Positions 50,063 through 52,912 of a DNA stretch of 52,912 nt are shown here, one piece after another. Below the pieces are notes generated by a model, which made no database searches, had not been told where the DNA came from, and was given only the letters and a program-made list of their open reading frames with translations. Source of the stretch: Chromera velia (taxonomy: Eukaryota). Position numbers and translations under genes: made by a program. Each line of letters begins with the position of its first letter. The first letter of the stretch is position 1. Location of the stretch: assembly GCA_018398765.1 (NCBI GenBank), contig JAHBMJ010000332.1, positions 186,001-238,912 of the forward strand, in the 5' to 3' direction.

Positions 50063-50338
50063 TCAGTCAGCCAGTCCAACATATACCGAGTACTCCCTCC
50101 CCAGCAACATTTCAGTGACTTTGAAGCCGTGGGCCCCACGGCTTACTTGTACTGATGCAAGTACTGTAGAAGAAGCTGCTCTCTGAACTGCGACCGAAAT
50201 CGTTTTCCACCACTGATCTGCCACTCTCTGTCTTGCCGCCCCACCATCTACACCCTCTCCCAACCTCTCACTTGACTGTCGCACCATTTCTTTCACAAAA
50301 CGCACTGTCTCTTTCCCCGGTCTCCCAAACGTGTCTGC
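50063..50338 (-). mobile_element. 3' fragment of a non-LTR retrotransposon ORF (RLE-bearing, CRE/NeSL/R2-like)
   Basis: DTFGRPGKETVRFVKEM...WWKTISVAVQRAASSTVL resembles the C-terminal (E/D)TxGxxG...LSVAVQRGNA signature of restriction-like-endonuclease non-LTR elements. 5'-truncated. Confidence 0.7.
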
Positions 50339-50719
50339 ATATATATATGCATGTGTTTTTTTTAATTCATGGATGCATGCATTATATACGTATATATACT
50401 TGCTAGCTCCTGCATGCAGGTAACCCCATGCATGCAGTGATCCCAAATCGGCAGCTATATACATGTAGCTGTGTGATGATTGAGAGGAAGTCGTTGGTGG
50501 GATCAGTTTCATTCGTTGTAAAGAGTTCTGTTCTGTACCTTGATTGTACTCTTGCTCAGCTTCAAGTCGACAAAGAGACAGGCACTTCATGTTAGACTGA
50601 GCGCAACAAAGAACGCACCACAGTGGAAGTTTGCATGTGAAGTGAGGAAAGGTCCTCACATCCACACGTACAGCCTTAATTGTTTCGTTAAGATTCGAGC
50701 AAGTCCATCAAGCTAAGAA

Positions 50720-52394
50720 ATGCCGTCTAAGCCCACCAACCTGGATGCCCAGCGCATCCTGGCAGTCATAGAAGAGTTGATCAAGAAGCTCACCTATCTG
50801 TCGATGATTGACGTCAAAGCCCTCGAAAACCTGAAATCAGAGGATGGAGAGGCCACCGCAGCCGTGCTGGGCCCTGACCTCGTCAGCAAGATCGAACAGC
50901 AGATCCACCTCGAGATGATTTTTGAAAAGAATCACGCAGACCCCAACGGTGAGGAGCTAGGACGAGATTCACGTAGACGGATTTACCTCCATAATCTAAA
51001 GATGCATGATGCAGTACTGTATTGCCCGCAAGTCTGCGCGACAGTAGCGCCTGGTTTCATCTACGCAAAGAAAAGCTGTCATTACCTGACGCGCACGTTG
51101 GGGTGCACAGACCCAGCGGAACTTTGCAACTTATGTTGGCAAACTGCTTGATTGATAATCTGTACATATGTGCCCATGCAAGACGAAGCATCCCTCTTGT
51201 TTCCCGTTTTGCCCTTCCCATTTGCCTCGATCCCTGCAGGTTTCTCCCTTCCTCAGGACGACACAGAGCTCTCCTTTGCCATGAGGGAGCAGCTGGAGAC
51301 TCTTCAGAAGAGCACACGGGAGCTCTGCAGGGCAGTGGACTCGCAGGAGATTGTGCTGGCCCTCAGGGGCCTGCAGGAGAACAAGGACTCCACACTCAAG
51401 AACCTGGCCTCCATCCTGCACGAAATGCAGGTGCGTAAACTCTGGTTTCATAATGTATTCTTACCGTCTACTTGCTAGTTCAAATGGTGCCGACACAGAA
51501 ACATTTTTTTTTACTGCTCGACCTCTTCCAATTTTGAATTCATTCCAGACGGATTCGACACCCAACTCTCACTTGCTTTACTCTTCTTTCTCATTGGCTA
51601 CAGGGACTGATAGAGAAGCGCCTGACAACGACGGTTGAAGAGGACAACTCTCGCCGGGAAATCCTGGAGCAGTACCGGAAGAGGGCGGAGCTTGCGAACA
51701 GGCGGAAGAAGGACCTCGAGAGGGACCTCGCACTCGTACAGGCAGACAGGGACAAAAGCCAGGCAGCACGGAAGGAACAGATCACCAAACTGAAGGCAGA
51801 CCTGGACGACATCCGCCACACGACAGAGTTTAAGTTGAAGTCCCTGGCAGAGAAGTATGAACAGAGGGGAAAGGAACACAAGGAAAGGTCAGGAAGGCCG
51901 GGGAAGGGCCGGAATGGATCGAGGGAGCATGGGTTGCCGCCACGAATAAGTGTATGCATGCATTGCTACATTCAAGTGAGAGGAAGCAGGTGTACTCGCT
52001 GTTCTTCTCTATCAGCCTAAGTTTGTTGGTCTTCTACTTTCTCCGACGGACTGCCTGTCTGTCTTTGACTCTCTCTCTCTCTCCTTACCTAGCTACGTAC
52101 CTGGTTTCCTGTCTCACTGTCTTTTTGTCTCGCTGCCTGCATGCCTGCCCATCTGCAGGTCTTCTACACCGTTCTGTTAATCTCCTTTTCACTCTCTTAC
52201 GTGTCTGGTTTCCCCCCCCCCTCCCTTTCTGGCAGGTTCCAAAAAAGGGAGACGGAACTCCTCAAGCAGATCTCCGAGATGGAACAGGCCAACGAGAACC
52301 TCCGGAACGTGGCAGAGAAGGAAGAGGAGAAGAAGAGAAAGGAAAAGAGAAACAAGGAGATCGAACTGCAGAGACTCCTACTTGAATACGATGA
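50720..52394 (+). CDS. DRC10: Dynein regulatory complex subunit 10 (IQCD/FAP84) homologue, 5' part; gene continues beyond the window
   Basis: Exons 50720-50948, 51240-51430, 51604-51887, 52236-52394 join in frame. Motifs TNLDAQRILAVIEE, LQKSTRELCR and RLTTTVEED, followed by a long coiled coil, match my recollection of DRC10/IQCD. Confidence 0.85.
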
Positions 52395-52469
52395 GTCAGT
52401 TCTGTCTGTCGGTTTGGCATGCAGTCGTTCAGTAGCTAGTCAGCCAGTTAGTTAATCTTTCTTGGCAGC

Positions 52470-52471
52470 TA

Positions 52472-52506
<35 letters not shown>

Positions 52507-52606
52507 CTCTTCCTCTCCCCGTGCGTGTGTCTGGGTGTGGGAGTGCGTGTGTGTGTGTGTGTGTGTGTGTGCGTGTGTGTGGGCGTGTCTGTCTCTCTAG
52601 TTCTCT

Positions 52607-52692
<86 letters not shown>

Positions 52693-52912
52693 CGCGCGCG
52701 CTCTTCCTCTCCCCGTGCGTGTGTGTGTGTGTGCGTGCGTGTCTGTCTCTCTAGCTCTCTCTCCCTCCCTCTCTCTCTTTTTTTCTTTCTTTCTTTCTTT
52801 CTTTCGTTCGTTCGTTCGTTCTTTCTTTCTTTCTTTCTTTCTTTCTTTTTGTCTCTCTCTCCGTGTCTGCGTGTGTATGTGTGTGCGTTGGGGGGGGGGG
52901 GGGGGGGGGGGG
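52470..52912. repeat. Intronic compound microsatellite with ~190-bp tandem duplication, including (CG)n runs
   Basis: (ct)n(cg)n-ctcttcctctccccgtgcgtgtgt...gtctgtctctctag appears at ~52472-52600 and ~52655-52755. Confidence 0.8.

Overview
Eukaryotic, intron-rich and microsatellite-rich genomic DNA, most consistent with a chromerid-type alveolate such as Chromera (inferred from the CDPK, the flagellar DRC10 gene, frequent TGCATGCA motifs and GTCAGT/GTGAGT donors). Four host genes can be built by hand: a myristoylated CDPK (minus, ~1481-6798), a DIPP/Ap4A-type Nudix hydrolase (minus, 41830-44709), a divergent 7TM GOST/GPCR-like membrane protein (plus, 45428-48615) and DRC10/IQCD (plus, from 50720, running off the window). 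The main accessory feature is a ~15.9 kb Ty1/Copia LTR retrotransposon (7918-23819). It has 749-bp LTRs with TGT...ACT ends, an ATATC target-site duplication and a ~3600-codon polyprotein containing large unexplained inserts. Its 5' end is rearranged: complete LTR, then TSD plus ~666 bp of the element's own 3' flank, then a 50-bp LTR end and the PBS. The polyprotein, the LTR pair, the duplicated flank and a neighbouring orphan ORF have all decayed almost entirely by C>T/G>A transitions, enriched at CpA/TpG and CpG. This suggests a RIP-like or methylation-driven genome-defence process. The window also holds a 9-bp minisatellite with higher-order structure, short dispersed repeats, AT-rich decayed islands and a non-LTR (RLE-type) fragment. 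All counts are manual.
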